64,000 nucleotides of DNA from Dipteris shenzhenensis. Lineage: Eukaryota. The stretch is from NCBI GenBank assembly GCA_047967505.1, contig CM106538.1, one strand, 5' to 3'. Made by a program: the position numbers and the translations under genes. Below are positions 23,631 to 36,400 of this stretch, piece after piece (the first letter of the stretch is position 1; every line of letters begins with the position of its first letter). The notes beneath the pieces were generated by a model. That model did not search any database. It was given only the letters and a program-made list of their open reading frames with translations, and was not told where the DNA came from.

Positions 23631-25345
23631 ATACCTAGATGAATTCAAGAACATTCCCAAACTCATCCTCTAAAAACACAACATAGCGCAGTTTCAATCT
23701 CACGATAGTCACTCATAAGATTGAAAACCATAAACTCCATCATGCATAGCAAGGACTAGCTACTATGACATCCCCACTGACGTCATCAGCGCCCAACAAT
23801 GGGTGTAGACCATAGTATAAAAATATGCTCTCACACATACAAATCCACACCCCCACACATACTTGAGCATCCATTTATACAAAGTCTTCTTACTGAGTTT
23901 CTGTCGGCACTCCGGAGGTGAAGGGCAAACTCAGCCATGACGAAGGCTAGCACTAAAGGCGAAGGCTAATCAAAAAGTAGTCCAAATCTCTTCATTCAAG
24001 CTACAGCTGCTTGTGAAGTCTAAACGATTTCATTTTAGTCTCTCCCAAACGAGCATCTAAATCATGCAAATTGGAAAACATATAGCAAATTATGCTTCTT
24101 GAACACATGCAAATTGGAAAACGTATAGCATATGTTTTGAAACACTTGCTTGACACACTTGACACGCAACTGCCGCCCTACTCTATACTCTATTGTCCTA
24201 GATTCGCCTCCAGAGTTTCTTCGGATAGAGAGGGAAATTGAGATGTACAAGTTCTCTAGAGGACTTGCTTGTCAATGAGCTAACGTAAAGCTAAAAGATG
24301 GTTCCAAGGCTTGGTATCACACTGGATGGAGAAAGGCAAATATTGGAATTTGAGACCACAAACTCTTAGAGATGTATCTAGATTAATCCAAAAACGTGCA
24401 CAAGCTCATCTTCTATAACAAAACAAAAAATGCTCTTTCAAACTTATGAGAATCATAAACAAGGTAAAAAACCATAACCTCTATGGAAGATAGCAAGGAC
24501 TCACTACTACCGCCGAAGACCAAAATATAAACATATGCTCTCACGCAAAAATATCCATGCATCGACATACATAAAGTTACAGAGTTCTTCGTATCAAGTT
24601 TCTATCAACACTCCAAAGGTGAAGGGAAGACTACGCCATGACAAAGGATAGCAATACAAGCACAAGTTAATAGTCCACTTATGAAGATGTTGTGGGGGCA
24701 TGTTCAATGGAACTTTTACAAGCATTGGAGAAAAGCGCACACAAAAAGTACGGAGCACACAAACCCCATAGGAGGACCATTTCTTTACTAAACGAAGACT
24801 CCCAGCTCGACCATCTTTAGATATCTAGCTGAATCCAGAAACATGCCCAAACTCATCCTCTAAAAACACAACATACTGCAGTTTCAATCTCACGATAGCA
24901 GGGACACGCTTGTCTTGGACGTCATCACAACAGGACAAACAAAACACGGATGCAGATGCAAGGTCGTATGCTTTGTTCAGTTAGACAGGTACAGTCAATA
25001 ACAATGTAAAACCCTGAGCTCTACCAAACCAATTTGCGCAACATATAAGCTTCAACGTAAAAAAGAACCCCTTAACATATCAAAAGCCTCTGGATTCAAG
25101 ACACGAGTAAGACAGTGAGAGGCTCTATTTTATCTACTAATCTTTCTTCACTTAACAAAGGTCTTGGACGTTTTCAGAAAATAGACAAACGCTCGATAAG
25201 TCAAAGGCAATACACGAATGCTTTGTTCAGTTAGACACGTATAGTGCATAACAAATGTAAAAACCCTAAATCTTATTGAGCTCTACCCAACCAATTTGCG
25301 CAACATATAAGATTCAACGTAAAAAATGAACCCCTTAAAATATCA
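23631..25345. repeat. Set of degenerate dispersed direct repeats in U1-70K intron 2
   Basis: 23631-23984 ~ 24372-24677; 23631-23708 ~ 24821-24898; 24968-25082 ~ 25217-25345; ~43-bp tandem near 24062-24150. Confidence 0.8.
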
Positions 25346-25422
25346 CGTCAAGACAGGACACGGATGAGACTAAAAAGTCATGCGTCGAAACACCAGAATA
25401 AAGGTTTCATCTCGAGACCCGC

Positions 25423-25537
25423 CTGTATATGAAGGGCATTTCCGCTTCTCCGGAGGTGTTTTGTGCTCCAGTGGTGGCCGCGGCTCGAATAGTTTCAAAA
25501 GATTTGCGGTCAAACCCGTAGGATGACTCTGACCAAT
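25423..25537 (-). CDS. U1-70K: U1 snRNP 70 kDa protein, coding exon 2 (IGQSHPTGLTANLLKLFEPRPPLEHKTPPEKRKCPSYT-G)
   Basis: Close match to the conserved plant U1-70K N-terminus as I recall it (GQSHPTGLTxNLLKLFEPRPPLEYKPPPEKRKCPPYTG); acceptor GCAG at 25538; presumed donor CAG/GCGGGT. Confidence 0.93.
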
Positions 25538-25702
25538 CTGCGCAACATCCAACCAAATGTGTCGGGACAAGACACCTCCGCCAAAGATCAAGACTCAAAA
25601 ACTTATGGAAAAGCGCATTTTCCTCGTTCCCGACAAGAAGCAGCGCAAAAATTTCATCAAACTCTAGGAAACTGGACGTATGATCTTCATGAGTTTGCGC
25701 AC

Positions 25703-25801
25703 CAGCTTAAGCTGCTGGACGGTCGCGCGATTCTGGGCCTTGGTTCGTCCCGGAGGCCCAGCCATGTCCTTGCGCATGTAGACATCTCCGAAGTCTCCCA
25801 T
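25703..25801 (-). CDS. U1-70K: U1 snRNP 70 kDa protein, coding exon 1 (MGDFGDVYMRKDMAGPPGRTKAQNRATVQQLKL)
   Basis: Resembles plant U1-70K MGD...R.K.QNRA.V.QLKL; donor CTG/GTGCGC; 165-nt phase-0 intron joins exon 2 in frame; not captured by the ORF track. Confidence 0.9.
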
Positions 25802-25815
25802 GCTCTCAACCTTCC

Positions 25816-25870
25816 ACTTACCGATCGACAATCAGAAGCTTTGTGCTCCAGAGAAGATGCTGGACTTACC
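25816..25870 (-). promoter_or_regulatory. Two consensus 5' splice-site (U1 snRNA-complementary) motifs G/GTAAGT upstream of the U1-70K ATG
   Basis: Plus-strand ACTTACC at 25816-25822 and 25864-25870. Confidence 0.5.
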
Positions 25871-25941
25871 CTAATGGCTTGGACCTTCGAGGTACTTTTA
25901 TCATGTCCTCCTAATCTTTGCCTTTGATCTCTAATGATGAA

Positions 25942-25951
25942 GCCACGTGGC
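25942..25951. promoter_or_regulatory. Palindromic G-box GCCACGTGGC ~140 bp upstream of the U1-70K ATG
   Basis: Perfect 10-bp palindrome at a proximal-promoter position. Confidence 0.5.
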
Positions 25952-26798
25952 CAAAGCAATCTTGTGCTTTTTCTTGCTTTTTAACACTAGGAAGCCTTTC
26001 CGTACGGCTCTAACTCCAAATTGGCCTGAATCCAATTGGAGTTTCAGTAGCAAGGTCTTGAGCTTTGTCCAACAATTACACAATCAAGTGATGGCAATAA
26101 TGAAAATATGCAATTATCTCCCTCCTTATATAATAGATTTATGGGAAGAATGAATAAAAAAGTATGCTTTTAGTGTTTTAGTCCTTTATCAATCTAAAAT
26201 CAAGGGCCTAAAATTGTATAAGTGGCTTAACGAGAGCTCACAAAAGTTTTGTTTTTCTAGAAAACACGTTTCAAACCCTCGGATCTTCATAAAGATCAAC
26301 GCCTATAATCACGCCACATGGCTTAACAAGGGCTTAGAAAATGAAAACTTCCTTCTAGGCTACCTACCATAATGAATATGATGATCAATCAATTGGCAAT
26401 TTCCCCTTTATGAAGCCACTTGGCAAAATTGTTGTTTCACTTTGTGCAGTTTTTGGTTTGTGTTATGTTAGTAAATTTAACTACTTTAGTTACATTAAAA
26501 ATAACATAAACAATGAAGTTATTTTCCATTGGTACCCCGTTATATTATGCATAAAGTACATCCTTTTTCAGAGAGAGTGGTATATCTTTAGACAATGATT
26601 CCATTCTTCGAGGGCTTTCAAGCGAGTACCCAGTGTGTCACCACGATGATGAAAAAAATCGCATTAGTACTAGTTAAGGAAAACTAGGTAGTGAATTAAG
26701 GTAAGGTTGATGGCAAATTAACAGATTTGAGGCGGTTCGTCGAGAGAGAGTTCCAAGAGGTCGGTTCCCCTCCACCGCCCTCTACAAAAATATGAAAG

Positions 26799-26813
26799 AG
26801 GGGGGCGGGGGGG

Positions 26814-26845
<32 letters not shown>

Positions 26846-26935
26846 TGAGTGGAGGGTAGAGAGGAGTGCTAAGAGGGAGAGAGTGAGCAAGGAGAGGGAT
26901 CGAGGAGGGGAGAGGTAGCGCAGAAGGGAGGCAAT
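26799..26935. repeat. G-run, (GA)n microsatellite and purine-rich tract
   Basis: Direct reading. Confidence 0.8.
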
Positions 26936-29900
26936 GCGATGATTAATCGATTTATTGTATGGCGGGGCTTAAGTTAATCGATTGAAGGGGACTGATCCAG
27001 AGAGAGATTAATTATTTTATTTTCGTGAAGCTAGAATCCTAGAATGCAGCATTAGCCTCAAAAAATTTTAACAAAATCCTTAAAAAAGTAGCATTCCCAC
27101 TACTAACAACTCCTTTTTTTTTAATATTTCGACTCGTATCCTTCCACATAGGTCCCACCAACATAAAATTTCTTAAAGTGTATATTATAATTAGTTGAAA
27201 GGGAGGAGGGGAAGGGTGATGTCAAATAAATTTTAAGGGGGTCTTTATTTGGACTTTACAATTTCCTCATCATGTCCATTTCTCTTCATCTTCCACCCGA
27301 ATTCCATCTTTAAAGCCAAACAAGTTCAAGAGTTCACCAGTCCATCATCCAATGGCAAGATCTAGTGAAATTGCAAAATTGATACACATTAGTCTACATT
27401 TTCATCAGTACACCATTCATCGTGTGGGTGATGGGACAATGGACCTTCTTCCTTACTATGGGTCCCCCACTTTAGGTTCAAATTTGTCACATCCTATTGC
27501 TAATCTTAGTTGGATTCATCACCCATGGTGGGCTTTCATCATCGTTGTAGTTTCCTAGCTTCAAGGTTGTATTAGTCATGCTTTGTTGTTGATCTCAATT
27601 GGATTTATTGCTGTGTTGCTTATCCAAAAAACAATTCTGTGCACAAGCTACCCCATAGATCTTGGCTCGCATCTAGCTTTCCCATGGATCTTTGCTTGTT
27701 GCCTTATTCTATGCTATATCCCTCATCTAGTAGCCTATAGGTTTGCAATCCTGCTGCTCGTTTATTTCTTGAGCAATTCCCCTCAAAGTTGCAACATCAT
27801 AGTAATTTAATTTATTTTATTACAACATCTTCTTGTGCTTTCTAATTTCACTATTGGTTTTGTATTATAGCTTTAGGCTTAAATGAAAAGCAAACAAGAC
27901 TATCCCAAGTTAATGAAAATGATACTTAACCCAAGAGAGGGTGCGGGCAGCCAAAAAAATGAAAAATAGCCTATTGAAGTTTCTAATGTTAAAGTACAAG
28001 ATGTTAGCATCACTATTGGAATAGGCAGCTGTGATATCAAGTTAAGCATTGTACCTAAGGTGGATGAGTTCTTGCAAAAATAATGTATTGTAGGAAAATG
28101 TTCAGTTGAGTGAGGATGTACACTACTTCACATGCATTTGGGACAAAGACCAGCTTGTTGGAGGGTTTGTAATGCACAGAGTACTTAAACCGAAAAAAAT
28201 TCACACATTTCATGGTGTGATAGGACATTGCATGACGGATGTAGATAAATAACACTTTCAAATAATTTCGTGGCTAAGGAAATAGAAGTAAGAATGGAAA
28301 ACTCCATTAAAAATGGTGTAGATGTAATGAAGAATGAAGCATGCTTAGCACAAACAAATGTTTTTGACCATACATATATGTTTTGGAAATCCCTAATGAC
28401 GCATCTTTAGTACTCCCTCCAATCAACTCTGGATGAAGAGAAATGCATGCAAATATTGTTCATTAGTGTCACTCTAGTGACTCTTGGCGTGTTGCAATCG
28501 TAAATCCTTAAGAGAAGAAGGACAGTAGAGGGGAATGAAGAACAGAGAGGGAGTATGCAAGGAGAAGGGAAAGGGGGAAAGAGAACATGGCATTCACGAA
28601 AGGCATGAAGAGGAAATAAGAGCAAACTTCAAGGCTTCTATTCCAATGTAAGCACATAATAAGTGAACACCAAACTCAACTACTTGGACTTTTATACATG
28701 CAACCTTTTGAAGGGAGGGCAACCCTATCCTCTCTACCACTTTCTTTCCTCATTCTTTTACAATCATCTTGGGCCCATGTAGCTCCAAGTCACAATTCTA
28801 GCTCTACAAATTTGCCATTGTCCAACAAATGACATTGCCAACCAATGTGGTTAATGTGCCCCCATTCTACTCTCAATCTAGTCCCATGGATCGTGAAAAA
28901 GTCATGGTTGTTAGAGGGATGTTAGTGAAGATGATTCCTTTTGTGCCCTTGTGTGAACCTTCCTTGGTTGCATTGCTTCATACGGCTTCAATGGATCCTT
29001 TGTTGTGGAACTGTTGTTGGTAGGATGGATATTTTGTTTGGTAGTGTGTTGGTTCTAGCCCTGGATTCTGCTATAATTAGCATTACATGGCATGAGCAAT
29101 TGCAATGGCTAGACATTGGGTGGATGGATTGGAGCTTAGTGCTTGTTGCCTTTCAAAGAAACAAGAAGAAAAAGAAACACATAAGATGTGAGTTTTTAAG
29201 AAGAAGGTGTTAGTAGGGGTTTGTGTAGTATCTAGTGCTGTTAGTGTTAGCGAAGTAAGTCCCAGTGTATTATCATGCTTCTCCTTAAGTCCCATAGTTT
29301 ATTTGAGTGTGATTGACATTGGATTCTCATCACTTGATGTCTTTGACATGCCATGTTTGTAGTGCGAAGTTGCATGATATTTTGTCTTGCTTCTCTGCAT
29401 AGAACTTCTTTCTAAATCCATTTTATGGATCACTTTTCATTAAGGTCTTTTCTTGGAAGTTTCTTTGAGCTCAATAAGGTTGTGCACGATCTAGAGCTCT
29501 ACTTTTCTGTGTCATCAAATCCAAAGTCATGTGATAATACACCTTACGAACTCGTAAAATGAGGACTATAGTAGCTGACAAGGTTTATAAAATCTTGGAT
29601 TCTAGGATAGTCCTCTAAGTTAAAATTGACATTACATTCGAAGGCACAAATGGTTAAGTGGGTACTAGTGTGAATCAATAAAAAGAAAGAGAATAAGAAA
29701 AATACAAAGAAGAGGAAGATGTGGAGTTAGCTAATGAATGATGGTGTTAGAAAAAGGTGGAAAAGAGATTTGAGGATCATAAGAAACTCATCCAGACCCA
29801 TTTTGGTGTCATCAGATTCACCCTGCAACCAAATTGATCCTTGGGAGTTGGTGGTGTAGAACCACTGATTGTTTTGTTAATGGATGAGTGCCTTATGACA

Positions 29901-30017
29901 CTAGTTGTGGATATATCTTGGACTGGCCCTAGAGGTTGATGAAGTAATTAGGGTCACTTATATTGTGACAGCTAGGAGGGTTATGAGTTGACTTTGTCAT
30001 TCGATCTTGATCATACT

Positions 30018-32569
30018 TGGGAATATGCATCATCGGAAGTGGTATAAGCAAGTCTACAGGTAGACGAGACATGAATAGAATGTCATTGTCTCACTATCAT
30101 CAATGACTGCATTAATCTCCTCGATCTTCATTTTTCCTTTGTCCTCCCTTGGACTCTCTTCCTTCTTATTTGCACCACAATTTGCATTCTTTTTCTTATT
30201 CTTTTGCTCTCTTTTCAGCTCATAGCAATCCCTTTTCATGTGGCCCTTCTTATCACAATGGTAACACTCAATGTTCTGTGCTGTAGATTTGCTACCAGAC
30301 TTCCCTCTTTCATTGGACTTCCCCCTGAACTGTGATTTGCCCCTTTGCACATTTAAGGCTGCATCCTGCTTGTTGCCATTCATAGACTTTCGTCTAATCT
30401 CCTCAGCCAACAAGCTACCCACAACATCATCAAACTTTAGTACTCCACCAGGTGCAAAGTTATTAACAACTATATGGAAGGTATGCCATGAGGATGGCAT
30501 GAACACAAGAGGAAAATCTCCTTAGTCTTCGCATCAAAATTCATCTTTTGAGCCTCAATCTGGTAAAAATTAATATTGAATTCATTCAAGTGAGAAGCAA
30601 TGGAGACTCCTTCCTTCATTTGCAGCTCAAAAAACCTCTTCATGAGGTAAACTGGCAGTTCCCTTCTCACAAGTGGCACATAATTTCTTCCACAAATTTT
30701 CCGTAGTCTGCTCATTTTCTACTGTGAAATAAATTGACTCTGCAAGATGAAGTCTAATAGTAGACTTTGCTAATGCATTCAACTCATTCCAATCATCCTC
30801 AGACATATCTACAGGCTTAGCTTCAATCCCTGCCAAGGGTTTAATCTGCTTCTTTTGAATAAGCACATCCCTTATCTGTTCTTTCCACAAAGAAAAGTTT
30901 GTCTCATTAAACTTTTTAATGCTAAAAAACTCCTTTTCAAACATGGAAGAGGATGCCATGATGCATATGAAAAAAATCCCAAATGCTAGTACCTATAAGA
31001 GAGAAATCACACCAAATACTAGGTGCACCCAATATCTCCTCCTTAATGAAGGATAGTGTCACCAAAACTCAAGGCTCAAAGCATCAAAAAATGCATCTGA
31101 CTCATGTGCATATTCGTCCATGGGCATAAGCATCAATAATGTCTCATCCAAGAGATCATAGCACAACCTGTGCATCCACTGCAATATGTCAAAGCTGTCC
31201 CTCAGCATAAAATAGCATATGTGTGCTAAACGTCCATCAATAAAGCATCCCACAAGGCAATCTGGGCCTATCAGCGCATCCAACAAGGATCGCAATGCAT
31301 CCAAATGGCCTGTAAAGCATCCACTACAACCCAATGCAAACCACAAATGAGCGCACATGGCTTAGACTGCAACCAGAGTGATCTGCATAAGGTATATCCA
31401 AGAAATCATGACCTTACGAGAATGGCCACTCGTGAAAATAGAACCTAGGATGTCTCAAAACATGGGCATCATTGCATAATCAAACTCGGCAAGACAATCT
31501 GCAAATATCTCTCTTCTGCCACCATAACGTCAAAATCTCATCCAAGGATGGAGTAAGAACCAGTTAACCCTTGCATTTACTTGCAAAAAATCAACCTTAG
31601 GAACTTAACCTTAGCCAAAATGCCACATGGCAATCAATGAGGTCTTGGAAACTTTGAGAAATTTCCTTCAAAGAGACGATGGAAAAACACAGAGAATCAC
31701 AACTCCCTCGATTCTTCAGGGAATAGTAAGCAACTTTGTAGACATATGTTTCAGGTAGTCTTGGACCAACGGTACAGACAGCTGTGCAAATGGATGCCCC
31801 GGATGTTGAGTTTCTACTCACATAGGAAATGATAGAATGAAGACGTTGGAGTAGACAGAGCTTCACTATAGCTTTAGAACTTCACAAAATCAGAAGTAGC
31901 TTCACAGGTAGAAGTTTTGGACTGTCTAAATCCATTGGGAGTGTCTGAACTACAAATGGTGGCCTGGATATGGAGATCCAACACACGAAATCCACGCAAG
32001 AAATTGAATTTCGTCACTTTTTGCAGGAGATGTAACTTTTCACTGAAAACTCAGATGACAGAGATGTAAAAATGAAAAATGAAGTACTGAAAGCCTTTTT
32101 CAACTTTGCTTCAGATCTCAGGGTGAGATTCAGCTTCTAGAGAAAGATATCTTCATCATAAGACTCTCAGGTCTAAAATAGATTGTCTTTTTGCCTCCAA
32201 AACCACTTGCTGGCTTGCAAAAAAAACCACTCAGAGAACTTTCCAAAGGTTTCTACAAGGTCTCTGCACATTAGGATGCAGGTAAAGACACCCAACGGAG
32301 CTTCTCCTTCCTCCCACAAAGTTGCAATAGTAGACTTCGGGCTCCAAGCTCACACTCAGGCCAAGCTAAAACACGCGCACTCTGATACCAGTTGAGAGAT
32401 CTCAACAACGGAAGCAGAATGGAAGAGGGTGAGAGGGAGAGGCATAAGAGAGAGCCACACAAGTTTGAGTGGGTATAGAACACCCTAATCTTATATGTCA
32501 TCCATATATATATGTGTTTGAGTATTGTACATAACCGGGGTTAAGGTACAGTGGCCTTTAACCCCCACA
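30018..32569 (-). mobile_element. Truncated Ty1/copia (copia-C1): 5' LTR, PBS, leader and gag only
   Basis: LTR 32393-32569 (TGTGGGGG...CTCA); PBS TGGTATCAGAG at 32380-32390; gag pieces 30959-30054 (KFNETNFSLW, CYHCDKKGH); ends just before the protease. Confidence 0.9.
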
Positions 32570-32599
32570 AAGGTAGGTTGAAGGTTCTTGTGGTCCTGA

Positions 32600-33480
32600 T
32601 CACCAATCTTTGCCTTGATTTTTTATAATTGTTAGGCCTAAATTTGAAGGTTGCCTCTCATTTGTTGATGATGACGATTTTAGAGGATTTGGTCTCCATT
32701 CTTTCTTTTTCTCTTTCATTGTTGCTCGAAGATGATGGGGTTGATCTTGTTACACATAGTACCTTGGGTACCCAAATATAAGTGTTTCCAAGGTAATATC
32801 CCTTGTCCTCTAGCAGTGTTTTGGGGAGCCAATAGTAGTGTACTTTCCTTGTTGGAATGGCATTGTTTTGTTCTTTGATTTTGAGGTTTGTTGTTTACAC
32901 GATGGGGTGGCTTTTGATGCTGAGGTTTTGTTGGAATCCAAATATATGGTTCACATTTAAAGTAACCTTGGGCCTCTAGTAGATACTCTTAGATCCACAT
33001 TCATTGCTATTCAAATTTGCTTTTTGAAACTTTGCCAATCAACTTTGGATTGTAAGAAATGTGGGGATTACTAGTAGAGGCTATAGTTGATTTGAGGCCA
33101 CTAGATTTTGTAGAACTCCACTAATCTCCTCCTTTTTTCTAGCCCATCCCTCCTTATACTTACCATGTCTGCCACCTTTATATGTGGCATCAGAAGGGTT
33201 GATTGTCTCCAACTTCAAAGTTATAAAAATATTATTGTCACTTCTCTTTTTGAACAGATGTACTTGATCAAATCTGTGGTAAGAGTCTTCTGTCATTTCA
33301 AAAAATGCACCTATCAATGTATCCAAACTTCAATATCTCAGGAATGGGGGATCTCTTCTCTAGCATCCTCTTTTTATTTTCCATTAGCTCTAAGGATCTA
33401 ATTCACCATCATGCATCCCCACTTCCTCTAGGGTACATGATCCTCTCCATCAAAGCATCAAAATCCACTTGGGTTCATGA
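32600..33480 (-). mobile_element. Highly decayed retroelement-like coding remnant
   Basis: Minus-strand peptide YWLPKTLLEDKGYYLGNTYIWVPK resembles WVPK-type repeats of retroelement proteins; no catalytic motif. Confidence 0.3.
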
Positions 33481-36400
33481 GCCTATATGAACCATTGTAA
33501 AAAGAAGACATCGATTAGAGTCTCTAAATGACGATTCCATTTGGAATAAATCAGGACTAATAAAGCAAGGTGCTTATAAATGTTCTTAGTTCTTCAAATG
33601 AGGAAGGAGCCAAGAATTTGTTTATCAACAATAGGATCACCAACTTGAGATGCTTAGACCCTGGTAGATGTACTAGATGTTGGAAAGTTTTTTAACACAA
33701 ACTAATTCTTGAAATATGATCAGATTAAATAGAAGGGACAAAACTCCTTTCCTCAATGTAGGTGAGGTCCCTCAGCAATAATCATCAAGATTACACCTCA
33801 TATATTGCTTAGCCTTAGCACTCTTCAGCATTGAGCCATTGATAGATTCAAGTCAAATTCATGGGATGAGAGATGTTCCTCTCAATTGTATCATAATCTA
33901 ATTTTCTCAATGGATTACTATGCCTTCAAGACTTTCAATGGTAAAGTAGCCTTGATTTGTTAGCATACAAATCTTTGTTTCCTCTTTTGCCTATGCGCTT
34001 AACATCATGGAATAGAAAGACTATAGAAAAAGTGAACATACAAGTTAAATTAACTACTTTAGCAATCATATATGAAATATACAAAGGAAAATGCCATAAG
34101 ATTAAATTATTCCATAAGAATTGTGTAACTTTTTCTTTTTATTATTCAATATGTGGATATTGCCATTGTTAGGATTACAAAGAGGAGGATGACATAATGT
34201 TTTAGCCTTTCCTTTTCATCGCTCTATCTAACATTATCTATAGAACCAAGCTAGTTTATGACACAAACTCTCTATTTGAATCTTTATATCTATATCTGAT
34301 TCACATGCAAGTAGATGTAGGAATCAATCAACCCATGAGGTCATCCTACTTATATTACAAAATGCATAACACTTTGACAAGTTGTTGATTCAAAATTATT
34401 TGATTCAATGTATCAATCTTTTTTCTTAGCTCATGCCTTCTAAAACAAACCAAGTTGAGCTATGCCTACAAGGATTGTTGTGCCTCATATTTTAATCGTA
34501 GCTCCTCACCTAGATTGGATAGAATATTCCTTTGAATGGCCAACTTCAACGGGGCCATCTAGCATTCTCTTTGGCAATTCTACAACTAGATCATGATGAG
34601 TTTTGCATCTTAGTTTCAAGACTCTTTATGCTTGCAACTCCACTTGGGTATGGCTCAGATTTCTTTGCAATTTCTCTCTTATTGTTGAGGACTCCTTCTA
34701 TAGATATTCCAACTATGCCTTGAGTGCATGTGCCTAGCATCCTCACTATCCTTCTAGAATTATTTCTCACTTTGCCACCTCATATTGCAAGAATTCCTCT
34801 TAAATCTTGGTCTTTCATGTGACCCATGTGCGCTCATTTGTGGTTTGCATTGGGTTATAGTGGATGCTTTACAGGCCATTTGGATGCATTGCAATCCTTG
34901 TTGGATGTGTTGATAGGCCTAGATTACCTTGTGGAATGCTTTATTAATGGGGATGTTTAGCACATAGATGCTATTTTATGCTAAGGAATAGCTTTGACAC
35001 ATTGCAGTTGATGCACTGATAGTGCTATATTCTCTTGGATGAGACATTATTGATGCTTATGCCCATGGATGGTGTTTTGCTTAAGGCATTTGGCTCTTAT
35101 TTGCATTAGGTTTGCCATTATTTTGTCATTGCAGGTTGACATTTTCTTTTATGCCAGATTTTCTCATATGAGTACCTTCCTAGAATAATAAAATTAAGAA
35201 ACATGGTCTCTGATTACTTGATTAATTTATGTGCTGCATTGTAATTCTTAGACAATTTTGGACAAGTTAGCAACCTTTCCGTACTCATATTATTAAGGAG
35301 GTTTTTGTAAATGACTTCATTGTCACTCACGGTCAATTAATAGAGCTCACTATTGACAATGTCTAGTTGAGGACCAATAAATTAATCACATATCATAGTC
35401 ATAAGAGACTAGAAATAGCAATGAAAAGAACCATATATTATTATTCTGGTTATACTAATAAAATAATATTATTAAGCATTATTGTGGTGATTACATGACT
35501 ACTTTTATTATTCCTTTCCCTTCATGAATAAGAGGTTGCTTCTTTTCTTATTCGTGTTTATTTGGACCATGGCTTTTTAGAAGCTTAATACCATGATGAC
35601 CACCCTAGTGAAGTGCCCATGCCTTTGAATGTTCAAAAACAAATGTATGCTACTCCTTGTGCCATAAAACATCGTAATGGGGGAGTATTGTTTGCGGCCA
35701 TCTAATATAGGCCCCTTATTAGAAGATAATAAAAAAGTATTAATCCGTGCAAGAGGGAGAAGGAGGAAGGGTGGAAAGGTAACTAAGAGGGAAGAGGAGG
35801 GCTGTTTAAAGAGGGAGATGGAGGAAGGGTGGAAAGGTTACGAAGAGGGAAGAGGAGGGCTGTTTGAAGAGGATTGCCTATATGAATATATTTATGCAAG
35901 GGGAATTGCTTTCTCTGAGCCCCAGTGCGCCCCCCTCGCCCAGGAGGGATTGCTCTCTCTTGTATATTTATGAGCCCCAGTGTCCTACTTGTGATATTTA
36001 TTGCTCTTGTTGACAATAACTACAGCAAGCCTAGTGATTGTCAAGACATCCCTTTTATGCCTTAGCCTAATTGGTCTACCACACCTCCTCCACCCAAGAA
36101 ATCAAATGAATTTCTTGAACAAAAAACAAATGCCTTCTCCTTAGGTTAATTGAGGAATATGTCATAAATTTTGACAAAGTCTAGTACCTTCACTAAGTAA
36201 ATGGGGAGTGTAGGTAAGCATGGAATTAGTGAGAGCCATTAATGGCATAAATTTCATGGCATAAATGACATATATAGTCATAGTTGATTTCAGTTGAATG
36301 ATTTCTAAATAAAGGAAACAATACAAGAAAATTAGATACGTAACTTAGAGAATATGCACTAAGATGCTTAACTTACAGATTTTCACTAACAATCTCTTAG

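Noticed and set aside
23880-23945. Minus-strand MAEFALHL... as U1-70K exon 3
   Set aside because: Only superficial similarity to MAQFVSHF; lacks EPGDPEY and a phase-compatible acceptor; lies in a duplicated module whose other copy has a stop.
23202-25345. Repeat units as a CRISPR-like array
   Set aside because: Eukaryotic context, long irregular diverged units, no repeat-spacer periodicity, no cas genes.
25523-25927. 134-aa plus-strand ORF
   Set aside because: Antisense shadow of U1-70K exon 1 and intron 1; no independent support.
27250-30017. Possible decayed coding region or retroelement on the minus strand
   Set aside because: Probably TE-derived, but I found no motif or terminus to support a call.
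33480-34820. AT-rich stretch with short ORFs
   Set aside because: No identifiable domain or structure.
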